Assembly: GCA_051294375.1 (NCBI GenBank)
Contig: CM119266.1
Location: 15,617,405-15,681,404, forward strand
Source of the DNA: Paraspadella gotoi
Taxonomy: Eukaryota > Animalia > Chaetognatha
DNA length: 64,000 nt
Reading direction: 5' to 3'
The notes beneath the pieces are model-generated. The model searched no databases. It saw only the letters and a program-made list of their open reading frames with translations, and was not told the DNA's origin. Position numbers and translations under genes: made by a program. Numbering within the stretch: position 1 is the first letter of the stretch; each line of letters begins with the position of its first letter. Below are positions 34,161-53,922 of this stretch, one piece after another.

Positions 34161-37100
34161 TTAAACGGATGGCGACGGCTCCACAGATTCAGATTTGCAA
34201 ACGCATATCTCTGATATTTCTCTCTTGGATTCGACGCAAAATCCACATTTTCCGCAAGTATCCTTTCTCTCTATGCCTTCGACTGTTAAGTCAAAAGGGG
34301 GCCTTCGAATTGCGATTGCTTTAAATGTGGCGAGCTTCTGGTTCACCTCCAAAATTATTAAGTAAACCTAAAACGCGATCATTAGTTTCAAACAAATATT
34401 TCCGTTGAAAACAAAAGATTTTTTCCAAACCTGTCGGTTTGGATAGACTTTTTTTTCTACGGCAATGACTTTGTCCAGACGATATATCAGGCAGACATTG
34501 TGCCAATTCTCGAGTTTGTCGTTGATGGCGTCGACGACTGCTCGGCCAACATCTTCCGCCTCCCAGGAGTTTGAGCTGACTTCCTTACTCGTTCCACAGT
34601 CGCAAAATTTTTCGCCGATATTCGCCGATTCACAGGTACGGGTGTCAGGAACCTCGAGTGGATCGCAAGGGGAATTGAGTGATTCTATCACATGCTTTTT
34701 TTTTTTTAAACAAATGAGCGAGAATAATGAAGAAGGGTTAAGAAAAAATAAGACTTAAGTCATGAATTCAACGGAGTCGTATTCAGTTCCCCATGAGTTG
34801 TTTACATATTTAATATAAAAACTTATTAACACCTGGGTCATCAACGAAATCCCCGTCCCATTGTTTCTCCACCGAGTCGAGTTGGTCTGCAGGTGCAAAA
34901 GGTGCCGCAGCGTGGCGTGAATGTCGTATGGCGTTGTGAGGCGTTGAGCGTTGAGCTGGGCGGCGGCGAATAATTTGGGAAATCTAATTCGGAACCAAGT
35001 CGGGAAGAGAATCGAGGCGAAAGGGTGACGCGACTCGTGACGTCCCACGCGCCTTTCCACTAGTTTGCCCCTGCGAGGGCCGTGATCTCCTGAGGTCAGC
35101 AAATGTCACGAATACACTTAAATCGTCGATGAGTCTTTATCAATTACTGACCTAGAAAAAATAGGACGGAACGATCCAAATCGCCGGCGACGCGCATCCG
35201 TTGAAACAGTTGCGACATCGGTCCGTCCGCGCTCGGTAGGGAGCGCTCCGGCAACCTGCTACCCTGTGGTCCTTCTCCTCCGTGCGTCAATTGTCTGGAC
35301 AAACGTACGAAGAGAGAAAAAAGTTCGCGGCTTCAAATTTTAGGTCGGGAGGCAATTGACCGGAACCATAAGTAAGAAGGCATGACTTACAGGAATACTA
35401 CGAAGGTCGTGGAAGAATGAGAACTGATGAGCGTTTCACGGATAATATTTATTTCACTCTTCAAAAACTTACACGTGCATGGTAAACGTAAAAAGTCGAT
35501 CCTTCTGATTTCGGTGAGTCTCAACTATCGTTTCCATCCAATCGTTCAACGCTTCCATCGCCATTTGTCCTTGATGACAATTAAAAGTGCCGGCTGTTCT
35601 CCTTGTAAAAAATCAATGAATACTTTTTTCGTCTCGAAATGGGCGAATGAAAGAAACGAGTCTGACTGTCCGACGTTACTTGAATCGCATTGCTCCCGAC
35701 CAATCGTAATCCACAGTTTGAAATTTGAAATCCCAGGGTCGGTTCACCCAATCTTCACTTGCGAAAGTAAAAAATCCATGGCTGGCCATTTCATTCCAAA
35801 CGGCACCCTAGATCGAAATTGACGTTTTTAGTAGGATCTACTTATCGCAGATTCCGACGCTATAATTCACTCTGTCGGTCCGTCGGTTCGCCCCCTCAAT
35901 ATTGTCGGGCACTCACTTATAACATGTCAGAACATCGAATTATGCTAAATTATGCCAAAAAAAAGATGTACGTCTGCCTGTCTGTCTGTCTGTCTGTCTG
36001 TCTATCTGTCTGTTTCTCTGTCTGTCTGTCCGTCCGTCCGTCTCACCTTAGCAAAAAACAACAATTACTCGTGATTGGATGGATGGATTGGAATGAAATT
36101 TTGTGTGTGGAAGTGTGTGTTTGAGCGAGATATGAAGTTTCGATGGAATCGTCCGAGTGAAAATGAGCTTAAAAGGGAAAAAAAAAATATTTCACAATTT
36201 GAACACCAATTGCTTATGAGTGGATGGGGCGATTGAACTTAAATTTTGTATGTGGGTAGGAAAGTGTGTGATTAAGCTGGAAATTAAGTTTCGATGGAAT
36301 CGTTTGAGTGGAAATGCTTCTTTTTCTTTTATATTAAATGTAAAGGCAAGATGTATTAATTAATCAAAAAATTAATCAGTTAATTCATCAATTAGTCAAT
36401 TAATTAATTAATAATTAAATAATCAGTCAATCAATTAAGTCAATCGTTATTGGCATTATTCTCATCGTCGTCATTGATTTTGTCGTGGTTAGTGACGAAA
36501 AGACCTAAAACAAACCTTGATCCCAAATAACTGACTTATTAATTAATTAATTAATTAATTATTATTTATTTAATTAATAATTAATTAATTACCGATATTG
36601 TTTTAATTATCGACTTTGTTTTCTCAAACTTGTCAATTTATAATTGAACTTTTGTGACGGGATCTAAGCAAACAAAATTTAGGAAAAAAGGTAGGTAAGA
36701 ATCTGGGCTATCTCTGTTCACACCTTTAAAATTCTTTATAAAAAAGTAAGTATATTAAGATTAGGGGTTTTTTGTTCAAAAATTTCAGAATGTTCGTACC
36801 GTGATATTTAAATCTTTGACGGCTTTTCCAGAAAACATTGCGTTAATGTTTACCGCCGAATCTTTTCCTAGTTGCGTGTATCCTCGGAGCTCCACTGCTT
36901 CTGATTCTCTCAAAATAGAGAGCGTCATCGGCATGCTGCGAAGAACGTTAAGTCGAGATGTCGACTCCATGACTATGACGTGGATGTTGAAAGTCGGTGA
37001 CGTAGGATGCGTTCCGTTTCGCTCTCTCTTCCTCTCAGCCAGTTGTGGATGACGATAACTGGGAAATTAAAATATACTTGGATAATGGACATGAATAATA

Positions 37101-38020
37101 AAATGGTTACAGCTCTAAATGTGTTTAATGTGTTTAAAAGTGTTAAAAACGTTTGCACAAGTGCGATTCAACAGATCAATAATAATTCATTGCTCAACCT
37201 CATTTGACAGGTTGCTTCGTTTATTTTTGACTTTGTCCACTTTTTGCGTTAAAAAAAAGTTTTTCTTATTGTATTTGTACCGTGTTATAGACTTTACCTG
37301 ATCCATATTGTAACTTTAATAGGCGCATTTGTGTCGGCCGTCTTGCAGGTCACTAGAACTTGATTGGATTTTGGAAAAACTTTCTCGCCTACGACTAGGC
37401 TTTTCGCCTTGGTAACCTGTAAGCGAAGAAGATTCTAATGACATCTACCGCCTATGACTCCTGATCCTCTCACAGTTTAAAGAAAGAAGAGCGAGTATTG
37501 AAACTATCGCCACCGAGAGGGAACGACCCCTTTGCACGCACCCCATGACCCGGCCCCTTGTCAAGTCACCGTTCTGTCAGGCAGAATCATCGAGTAACTG
37601 CATTCAGCGACGTTCCTCATCGCCGCCACGTCTTTGTCGATCCAGAGGGCGCGTCGATCGTTGGATCTTCGAACTAACGGATACTCTATCGGGTCGCAGC
37701 GGAACGGCGGGTGAGGGTCGAGGAATGTTCGGATAGACTCGTCCATGGAATACTCCGCCGGGATGTTGCAGCCGGGCGTCATGATGGCGAAGGCTGGCAA
37801 TATTAACCAGAACTTAACACTGGGAGGGTCCAATTTAGGCTTGCCAAAACTTTATGCAAAATTTTAAATCTAGTTATGGCTCCTAAAATAATAATGATTT
37901 TAAATACTTGTTTTAAAAATATGAATCGTCTCATTTATATAACTAGAGCGATTTTCTTACCATCTGAATTTGATGAGAAGGCTTTGGTGAGAGTTTCTAT
38001 AAGTTCGAGTCTCCAAAATA
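34161..38020 (-). CDS. DUF229-family (alkaline phosphatase/sulfatase superfamily) multi-exon gene; 5' end uncertain, two apparent 1-nt deletions in T runs
   Basis: Exons translate to TPGCNIP...FRC, NIHVIVMESTSRLNVLRSMPMT..RGYTQLGKDSAVN, VWNEMASHGF.TFASED, FFHD, DLDRSVLFF.GDHG.R.G....VGRHESRHPF, LNAQRLTTPYDIHATL, GISL, RTCESANIGEKFCDC and a Cys-rich C-terminus. Confidence 0.85.
35831..36316 (+). mobile_element. HINE/DINE-like element (5' part) in a DUF229 intron
   Basis: Diverged copy of 22882-23330 with the 5' hairpin, (GTCT/GTCC)n and TACTCGTGATTGGATGGATGGATTGG. Confidence 0.65.
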
Positions 38021-38753
38021 CTTAAAATAGACAACAGAATCAACACAGCAAAAATTTGTGAATTAAATTAAATTTTTTTTAGGGAATGGATCGTATCATC
38101 TTTGAGTTCGCGTTAGTGCATTTTATTATTGTATTATATTATATTATAATTATATTATATATTATATTATTGTTCACGGAATACACGATAAAGAGTTTAG
38201 GATTTTTCGACATTTGACTTTCAAAAATCAACGCTGATGTTGTACTAGTTGTACTAATTATAAGAATCAAAAGAAGAAAATGTTTTTTCCGAAAACTTCT
38301 TATTGGAATTTTCATTGTTTATTAAAATTTGGACTTGGATCAATTAAGAAGATTTTCTTTGTTTTAAAAAATTATCATCTGATCTAAACGTTTTTTTAAG
38401 ACCTTTTTTTTTCAATAACTCAACGTTATGATTTATTATCACTGAATATACATTTGTAGAGGTAAATAAATAGAAACATGTCAATTGAGATACTTGTTAA
38501 TTCTACTAAACATCGTTCGGGTTGGATCTTTATCTTCAATTTCGATAACGCTATCAAAATTACTTCTTGGCTCGGAAACCGCAAGGTCAACAACGGCGAA
38601 AATACGAGAAAGAATCGATCAGAAAGGATTGATATTTTGCTCGCACAACATCATTCGCAAATGGGAGTGGCTTCCGTTGTTCATTAAGACTAATCAAAAC
38701 GATTAAATCTAGTCAAGCGTGAACGACGTGAAAATGAGGTTATTGACTCACGC

Positions 38754-38814
<61 letters not shown>

Positions 38815-39239
38815 TCATGCAGAATGCAACAATACTACATTAAGGTCCCTAAGTAAATCTGTGAAACGAGCGGTTTTCCCTGAAAATTGATTAAAACAAC
38901 GCCTCACACGCTCGCGTATTGATTTAGCAATTACTCTCACTAATTATCTATTTATCCAAGATTGAATTTCAGGATTTCTCCCCCGATGAAAAACACGGCC
39001 TTCCTTCGAGGCGGAAAGTAGTGGTTCGCTAAATTATTTTGAATCTGGGTGAATCGATGGTTTTATCTCGACATTTATCTCGGTTCTTTTGCCAACATTC
39101 TAATCGGTAATCGACTGGACCGACCGACTGGATGGAAATCTCTATCGCATCTTAAACAAACAAATTCATCCTTTCGACTTTGCTTCCTAGAAAGACTCGA
39201 ATGGAGGGAAATCTAAATCACCGCGGGCGACATCAGCTT

Positions 39240-39570
39240 ACCTTTCGCTCTTCATTCGTTCCCCTTTCGTTCGCCTTTCGATCTCCGTTCGCTCAACTTT
39301 CGCTCTCTATTCACTCTCCTCTAGCTCTCCTTTCGCTCTTCATTCGTTCGCCTTTCGATCTCCGTTCGCTCAACTTTCGCTCTCTATTCACTCTCCTCTC
39401 GCTCTCCTTTCGCTCTTCATTCGTTCGCCTTTTGATCTCCGTTCGCTCAACTTTCGCTCTCTCTATTCACTCTCCTCTCGCTCTCCTTTCGCTCTCTTTC
39501 GTTCGCCTTTCGATCACCGTTCGCTCACTTTCGCTCTCTATTCACTCTCCTCTCGCTCTCCTTTCGCTAT
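39240..39570. repeat. Minisatellite with ~77-bp period built from ~11-bp TTCGCTC-type subunits
   Basis: CCTTTCGCTCTTCATTCG recurs at 39329 and 39406; about 4 units. Confidence 0.75.
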
Positions 39571-40493
39571 CCATCAATTCGATACTACATCGAGTTGGAT
39601 CCTAAATGCTAACCCTCTCCGCTCATCTTCTTTTCTCGACCTCATTTTCCTTTATCCTCGATTCAACTCTTCATATCCTCACTAACCCTCTTCGCAATGT
39701 CGAAGCGCCTCTAATCCTATCAAACTTTCGAAAGTCTTACCTCCTTCCAAAAAAAATTTCCCCCCCCCGAACCCCCACTACCCTCTAACATGGCCCCGAC
39801 CTCGTTCTTTGTTTGTTTTTCCTCGTTCGTTTAATGTTTTTTCATCTGGTTTAGCGTTTCGTTCCTCCGGCGATTCTTACCCTCACCCCACGTGCGCCTC
39901 TCTTCTCTCCCTCTTTTTTCCTCTCTTCCCTTTCTCCACCTGTTTCCTTTCTCCTCCTTTTTACTCCGCCCCTTTACTCTTCCTTCTCTTCCTCCTCCTT
40001 CCTTCGATCGACGATCGGCTCTTGTCTCGTTTTCCGGGTTGCCAAGCAACCGAGACGTCAATATCGCCGATATCGCCCCTGGCAAGGCGTCTTTTAAAGC
40101 CACGTTTAAGAACTTTTTATTCTATCTTGCTGTTAGATTATATTTCAATTCCAACGTAATGTAAAAGCCCCATTTCAACGTGAACAACCCGCGAGTCAAC
40201 AACAACAACAACGACGTTGAAATTCCCAAAAGACCGGCTCTGACATCACGGACCAGCGACTCGCGCGACTCCGTCGACGTCAACGCCAAAATCTCTCCCC
40301 GTGGGAATGTTAATCCGCAACGACGGTGGCGCCGCCAGCGCCAACGGAATCAACGCCGTTTCCGACTTCAATATTCTCACCGACTCTCGCGACATTGTTT
40401 TTTTTGCTGGGAGGTAAATATTGATAATTGATTGGTATTTTTACTTAAAACTGCTGTCGCCTTTCGGAATGAAGACGCATAATTAAATTGAGA

Positions 40494-40529
<36 letters not shown>

Positions 40530-41051
40530 GGTCTTGGGAAAGTAGGCGTCAAATTGGCGAGGGGTTCTTGACTATGCCCTAAAAGAGCCCGAAAATCCCT
40601 TGACGACGTCAACAAGCACGATGCCGCCGACGACGACGACGACGACATGGACGACGACGACGGTGACCACGTCTCACTCCGATGGAATGCTCAAAAGACC
40701 TGAGTTCGGAAATCACGATGAAAAGACAAAAGACAAGGATGGGAAAAAAAGGACACAAAAACAAAGGACCCTCGTTTTTCACTCGACAAAACAAAAACAA
40801 CTGAACAGGACATCGACCCAGTATCGACCGCGACGACGAAAACGACGACGAAAACGACGAAGAGGCGGCGCCTCGTTTTACACGAGACTTCCGGTCGGCA
40901 GGAGTGAGCGAAGGCGTTTTGTGTGTGTGTCTCTCTCTCTCCCGGTTGAACCCCGTGGGATTCCTACCTGAAAACGACGACGACGACGATGACAAGAACG
41001 GCCTCGACATTGACGTCTTTGCCGATGAATAACGGGTGAGGTCGTTGTCGA

Positions 41052-41093
<42 letters not shown>

Positions 41094-41230
41094 TTTCACT
41101 TTCCCCGTCTTGTCGCGCTATTGTTTCTCTTCGTCCCTGGTTACGGAAGGACTGCCGCTGGGTGACGGTCGTCGTTTTCGTCGTCATCGAATATTCGCTT
41201 CCTCATTGGTTCCCCTATCCGTAGTTTCGC

Positions 41231-41297
41231 CCAATCACGGACTTTTTCTCTCCAATCACGTGACTCTTCTCCCCCCGCGGCCAAAAAGTCACGTGAG
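41231..41297. promoter_or_regulatory. Promoter-like cluster: two CCAATCA boxes and two TCACGTGA E-boxes
   Basis: CCAATCACGG...CCAATCACGTGAC...GTCACGTGAG at the edge of a CpG-rich island (40.2-41.3 kb). Confidence 0.45.
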
Positions 41298-43549
41298 GGC
41301 GCGAAAGTTTTCTTACGACTGCGGCCTAATTCTCTCCCCCACCGCATTTCTTGGCGAACTTTGCCCCTCAATTTTCCGTTTTAAGGAAAAAAAAAAGCGA
41401 AGAAAACCTGAACCTTTTTTTTTCTTGTTAAATTGTGAAGATGACTGCGAATCTTTACCGATTTCCGGGTTTAAAACATTTGGGTCTCAGAATTTATCTC
41501 TGCTTCGCGTCGACAGCATCAGCTGTTTTTTTCGTTGTAATTAACGTTTCGATAAGATCTTTTTTAGAATTTTGTTACATTATCAATATTTTCAGCCTAA
41601 TTCTATATGAAAAATTAATATTATTTCTAAAAAAAAAAGAAATGAAAACAAATGCTTTTAAAAAAATCTTCTTTAATATATGTTTTGTTATAAAAAATAA
41701 TGCCTATAATATTAATATTAATGTTATGTACATATAGGCTATAATTACATAATATGTTAATAATATTTTCAGAATTATTCTCGGAAGGAGGATTAAATTG
41801 AAATTTTAATTATTATGATATGTTCCTCTTTTTTATTTTAGGATATTCAAAAATTTATTTAAAAAAAAATGCTTATATCTTAAATGAAAAAAAAAATTCT
41901 TAGTTTTTATGCATTTTTTTTATCTCAAGATAATCTTGGAATCCAAGTCGACTTCTTCGTTTCAGTTATTGTTGCAGTCTTCGTCGTTGTGATTCGGGTC
42001 TATTCGGCCTCACTCGCCGATTTACCTCTCAGGGGGTCTCTTCCTCCCCTCATTTACTTACCTTCCTTTTTTTTATTCCCCTGCCCTTATCTTTTTCCCA
42101 AACAAAAGCTGCGCATAAAAAGGGGTTGTTTCCAGTTGTTTTTTTACTGTGTTCCAAGATGCGACGAGGAATAGACAACGACGCTACCGACGAGATCCGA
42201 CTCTAGCGTGGGATGAAATTTTTTTTTTGCGACGTGCCGATATCTGAGTTCGCTTTTGAGCGAAGGGTTAACTTCACTATTTTCGATTTTTCTTGTCTCG
42301 TTGCCAAAGATTCGATTCTTAGATTTTGGCAGATTGGAAAAACCTTGAAATTTTTAATCCGAATGCTCTCTCTCTCTCTCTCTCTCTCTTCCTCTCGTCT
42401 CTCGTCTCTCTCTCTCTCTCTTTTCTCTCTCTCTCTCTCTCTTTTGTATATTTTGAATACATTATGTTGCCTTATCTTCAAATTATCCACGACGTCAATG
42501 TGAAAGAATAAAAAAAGTGATATCTAAATTTATGCAAAAAGTCCTGAATTTCATGAATGATGTTTTTTTTCCCATCGAAGAATTTTTTACGAATATATAA
42601 ATAACCTCAAAATCGTTAAAATTAAACTTTTTGTAAATCATTCCTGCTTTTTAAAGAAAATTTGCGTTAGAGAACACAACAAAAAAGTAGACCTAACTTT
42701 GTGGATGTTTTCTTTATCATAAAGAAAATCCAATTCTGGGTTTACTCAAAAACCCAAGTCCATTAAACCCCAACTTTTAGCTTTTAACTCTTTACGGAGC
42801 AAACAAAGAAAGTCAATTTTCCTGTCGGGATTTATTATCTTTTAACCAACACCTTCTTAAGACATAATTTTTTTTCGCATAATTTATCATCGTTAAGAGG
42901 AAGACGAAATCGCGCTTTTCTTGACTTTCACTTCTTTTCAAATTTCGGATTTTCACTTTTCACTTTTTCTCCGGTTTTCAGTCGAGACGCTCAGAGATCG
43001 TAACGCTCCTTGAATCCTTTCGCTTTACTGAAACAACGTCTCGCAAAGGCTCTTCAAATGTTTTACTTTTTTAGGGGCCTTCCGGGGTAATTCGTCTTAA
43101 TGTCTTCATTCAAGTTTGAGGTTTCGCTTGTTTTATTTGATATTTTATGTAGTCACTTATTTGTTTTGTTTTAATAATAAAGATAAAAGAAATAGGTTAT
43201 TAAAACTAAAAGAAAAGTGAGACGTCTGCGGCAAGCAAGTCACAAGAGAGTAGAACTCCAAAATAATTCTGTTGTGACACTTGTGAATCACAAGTTGTGA
43301 TGTTTTTTCCGGGGAAGCGACAGACACCGGCGCCTAGTAACACGATTTTCATTAAGGAACAGACATCGCTTTACAATCGGCTGTGACGACGTGAATCTCA
43401 AGAAACTGAAATCTTTTTTGTTACAAAGTTGCTGGACTCTAGTCACTAAAAATTAAAGAAACGATCTTCGTAAGTCGCGTTTTGACAATGAATACTTGAT
43501 TCGGTTTTTAACCTCGACGCAGGCGTTCTCAGACATCTCGTGTCCAGAT

Positions 43550-43610
<61 letters not shown>

Positions 43611-44201
43611 AAATCACTTCCGTGCCTTGCCGTTGTTTGTTCTAACTTCGAATCACTTTGCTCTTCATTCATCATAAAAAAGCTCCTTGTTTTTTTTTTT
43701 CTTTCTTATTTTTGTATTTATTCTTACGTGAAACTTTGTCGGTTAAAATTTTACTAACTCTTATTTTCGAACGAAAGAATGAAATGCGAATTTAAAACTG
43801 TTCTTCTTCCCTTTTATTTTTAGATATATATAAACTCAAAAGGGACAACTCTTGGCAAGGAGTTGATCGCATCGTAGAAAATCAAAACATACGGAACGAA
43901 AAAGAAATTGAGCGGCGTAAGAGAGAGAGAGAGAGAGAGAGAAATAAAGAGCAACTGAAAGACAACAAAAAAAAAACTTGACTTACGAAAAAAAGAGGGA
44001 AAAAAACTAGAAAGAAAAGAGCATCGAATATCGGAGAAAATTAGTGATTTATGCGAGAAGAAAATTTGAATAACGTCACCTGCGTGTTTTCCCGCGACGA
44101 CATCGTTTCCACCCTCCCAAAAAAGAACCTTTCACCTGTTCCGCCCCCACTACGGCTCCTCCCTCAGAGAAGCCGATACTGACGACGTTAACATAAAATC
44201 G

Positions 44202-49138
<4,937 letters not shown>

Positions 49139-51451
49139 CGGCGCTCCTTGGCGGCGTCACCGAACTGTGGGCGCGGCCATCTTTGCCTCGTCGATTCCAT
49201 TTGTCTCCTATCGTCGAGCTTTGTCCTTGCAGTGCCAATAAGTTTGTTTTCAAGTTTTCTCTATCGCTGTTATTATTGTTTTGTCTTTGTTTTTCTTCCA
49301 GGCGCAAGAAGCCTCATTACCTCTTTGCATTAACGTTATTAACATTCAACGAATGTTACGAATTTCGGTTTATATATGAATAATTGTTTATTAATCATAA
49401 TCTATATAAACAATTAATGTCTTTTTGTGTTTGAGAAGGTTTTTAAAAAAATATCATGTTTCAAATTTCTTGTATAAATACAAGTCTACCTCTTCTTTAC
49501 CATTTGCCTTTTTTCTATTTTTTAATTACATTAGCCACGATCAGAGAAAATCTAATCCTCCTCTTCAACTTCATTTTGTAAGATTTTGTTCTCTTTGAAC
49601 CCGACACCAGGTGATTGCTAATTTATAAAAGGAAAAGAGGTAGACAAAGTAAACTTAGGAGAGAGAGATATAGAGAGAGAGATTATAGATACACACAGAC
49701 AATTGCAACGCCCCGAACGGCGTCTCAAAAAAGTCGAAGAAAATCGTTCATTTTCAATTAACCGATCGATCTTTTTGAGTTTCGAGGAAAAAAAAAAGAC
49801 TAAAGAGGAAAATTTTTTTCTGTTTCGGGATTTAGATTTTTGGCGACGACTTTCGAACGAGGATCAGGATTAAGAGTCGTTTAAATAAGCGCTTATATGT
49901 CCTTAGGGGGAGATAGAGAGTGAGAGAGAGAGAAGAATGTTTTCGCAAAGGGGGGAAAGAGACCGAGAGGTTTTTGAGAAAGAATGAACTCCAAAAAATG
50001 GGGAGCGAACGAGGAAAAGAGTCGATTCTCGTGGAATGAAGAAAGAAAATGAGAGGACGACGAGAAAAAAAACATCGCGACTAAAAGTGGCTCATTAACC
50101 GCAACTGCACAAAAAGATGCGAAGGGGGAAGAAAAGGAACGAAATGGAGTTTGTCTGAAAATTTACTCGAGCCGCCCGGTTGTGTTTCTCTCTCCAAATC
50201 CTAATTGAATCGGTCGGGAGAAAAAACCTGGACTCAAAATCTGGAGACGAGACAAATTTGGGTACAAAGACTCGGGGGATTCATTTTGGTCAGAGATTTT
50301 CGGTTTCGGCGGCAAAAAAAAAAGGAACTTTTCCAAAAGAAGGGGAGAAAAAAATTTTCTTCAAATGTCACGCGATGGAATTAAGATTGTTCCCTTTTTT
50401 TTCTCCTCTCTCTCTCTGCCTTTTAATATGTATGTTTTTTTTTCTCCCGGGTGACGGACTATCGACCTTTTCGAGATTGAAGTAAAAAATAGGCCGTCTA
50501 GTTTTATATAACTTGGTGACGAGAAGCTTGACAAACATCAAACGAAGCAAATACAGAATTTTTCAAAACAGAAAATCACAAGAGATAAAAAAAATGAAGA
50601 GAAAAAAAAATTTACTCGGAAACCAGAAAAGGGGTGAGGCTTTTTAGCGAAAAGGGGTGAGGCTCTAAGACGGTGAACAAACTGAAGAAAAGTCGGGGAC
50701 AAACAAAAGATTCGTCCGCTGGAAAAAAAGGACGAGACAAAAGGACGAGAGAAGCAGAAGACGAGAAGAAAAAAAAAGATATTACGAACATCGATTAAAA
50801 AGAAAAAAAAATTCAAAGAATAAAGATTTCCCACGTAGTTCGAGTAGTCGGTTCAAAGTTAAATCTATAAATAGAAGACTATCATCTTTTTATAAAAGAC
50901 GGGATGGAAATGAAAGAAAGGAACGAAAAAAAAAGATAGACAAAGACATAAATACGAAAAAATATAAGAAAAGAAGAAAGAAGAAAGAAAAAAGAAAAAA
51001 GAAAAAAGAAAAAAGAAAAAAGAAAAAAGAAAAAAGAAAAAAGAAAAAAGAAAAAAGAAAAAAATGGAAAAAAATGAAAAAAGAAAAAAATGGAAAAAAA
51101 TGAAAAAAGAAAAAATGGAAAAAGAAAAAAATGGAAAAAATGAAAAAAGAAAAAAATGGAAAAAATGGAAAAGTGAAAAAAAGAAATAAAGAAAGAAAGT
51201 AAGAAAGAAAGAAAGAAAAGCGCCGAAGAAAAACGGCACGCGATGTTCCAATAACCAAGTTAGTGAGATTCAAACTTCAACGGAAAATCAGCTGATACAA
51301 TGTCCGATACAAATATATATTACAGAATGAAATTAACATAAATGTTATTATAATCCTTAAAGAAAAAGAAAAACAAAGAAGAAATTCCCGATGATCGAGG
51401 GCCGAAAGTTTTTTTCTTGCCCGGTCGTAGTCATCATCGTAGTCATCCTCT

Positions 51452-51489
<38 letters not shown>

Positions 51490-53355
51490 TCATCGTTATC
51501 TCCTTGGGTCGCGAGAAAGGAATCCCTTTTTTTCTCACTCACCTTCACTCGTCATTCATCCAGCGTCACTCACCTCATCTTCGAATTCGTCGATGACCTT
51601 CGCTTGAAGAAACTCAACGCCCTCCTTACCCCAATTTGTCCTTAACTTTTTCTACACTCGCGGTTTTTGTTAATCAACTCCGTAAAAGAGCTAAAATTTT
51701 TATTCATCTCGTGCTACCGTTTTTTTCTTCTTCGAATAATATCAAAAAAAGTTTTCATCATCCATATTTTTCACTTTTGTTCGAAAGATGATTTTTTACC
51801 CCTGATCCTCAGAACACAATCAGGTGTGAGATACCTTTTTCGCCAAGTTCTTTTTAACCCCACATTTGCCCTTGGCTCTGTTTGGGTTTCATAAGCCCAA
51901 AAAGAAAACTATACCTACCACAACATAAAAAAGTCTCCGTTCTGACTGAATTTAACGCACTTAAAATTTTTTTCATTGAATCATTGAACTGTCAAAATCA
52001 AATTGACCTTCATTTTCACTTGTACCATCTTTCTTTAACTATTTTTTTAATCAATTATTATTTTTTTACTCTTTCTTTCTTTTTTTTTTAAATGTTTTAA
52101 TTTCTCCTCCTATTGACCTAAAAATATTATTTAGAAATGTTTAACATTCATGTAAAACATTTTGGCGAAGTGTCTCAGCCAAGATTCAATAAAACACGTT
52201 CCCAATTTTCTCAAACTCCATATGCCATTCGCTTCTATTTCAAATTGCCGCTAGTGTTTTCGAGATTTCAATGTCATCCGGGTAATCGCCACCACCGCCG
52301 CCTCGACCACCGGTCCCCCACCCCTAAATCGCCTCAACAAGTCGTTCCCCCCTTCCATTCTCGGCTTCCGCTCCCCCGCTAGAGTCGAGTCTCGAAACCC
52401 CGCCCCGAACTCAGTCGTCCGCGTCGGTCACGACAGGAAACCGAGGGTTCCCTTTCGACGACGACGACGACGACGACGGCGCACGACAGGGCACTCTTAC
52501 TCTCTTGGCCGTGGTCGTCGTCGTCGTCGTGGTCCTGGACCTCTGGGTTGCACCTGCTCTACTATTTTGTTGTTTTCGAATCTATCATTAAACCGTCGTC
52601 TTTACCGAGGTCACGATCCCATTGGACAGTTGTTACACTTGCTGCCACCAATTGAACTCACCCACTCTTTTTTACCGGAAAACCACCTTACCCTCTCGGA
52701 TTCCATCATTGGTTCCGCTTGGGCTCTTCCTCAGCTGCCCTTACCTTCGCTTCCTCGTCGGGCGGACGGAACATCATTAAGTCTGCAGAAGTCTGGTTTC
52801 GTTCTTGGACAGATTTTCGGATTTTTTTTTAAATACGAATTTTATAACTAAAAACAATTCAAAATACATACAACGAGAGTAAGTCCTGTCTTAACAATAT
52901 GAACTACTTTAAAATCATTCATTGACATCGACATTGACAAGCATCAATTTTGTTCTTCATTTTTTGCTACATTTGAAATCGGTAACAATTTCTAATATTA
53001 AAGATTATATTCGTATTTATCGTACGTAGCTTTTGCGCAAACATTTTAAATTTTAAAATTACAACTTCGGGCGTCGTCAGTATGATTTATTTTATCTCCA
53101 CGACTTGCATTTAAAAAAATTAGAACTATGTGGTTAAATTTTTTCTAATTTTACATTGTATTACGATATTTTCCGCCTGAATGATTTCATATTGAAGCGA
53201 TTATGTTTTACGAATGTGGGAAGATTCTATCGTTTTCTCGAGTTGTCATTTAAGTAGTTGTTTGTCGGGTGAATCTTACTATTGAGACTTGTCATACGAT
53301 GAGAAAATACTTTTTGAGATCTGGCATTAAACGAGTTTTAAATTCGAAAGAGAAA

Positions 53356-53477
<122 letters not shown>

Positions 53478-53922
53478 ACCTTTTGTATCTCGTTTCCATC
53501 CAAAAGAAAAAAGCAAAAAGACTTTCTTTGCGCAAATTAGTCCAACTTAGGATCGTTTTTTTTTCCGCCGGCTCCGGTTAAACTTAAAGAATCCAAAATT
53601 ATTTTAAGCGTAACGGAACCAAGGGAAAAAAACAAGTATTCTCTTGATGTAAGGTTAAAATTATTTTATGATCAATTTTAGAATATTACTTCCTGGGAAA
53701 ACAAGAAACGAAACAAAGTAGTAAAAAAGAAAAAAAAGTCACGCTTGACGAGTTAACTCACTCTCCGTTACTTTACGTTTTCCACTCCCAGTTTGTGGCT
53801 CAAAATTAAAACTAAAAAAAAACACCGAAATCTCGAATGAGTCTTTTTGGCAAAAATCGAACGTCATTGTTCGTTATCTTATATCATTGACTTCCTCTAA
53901 TAATCGCTTATAAACCGTCGCC

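Noticed and set aside
52270-52790. GC-rich block with minus-strand donor and acceptor motifs
   Set aside because: Only very short, low-complexity peptides appear in each phase, with no identifiable product.
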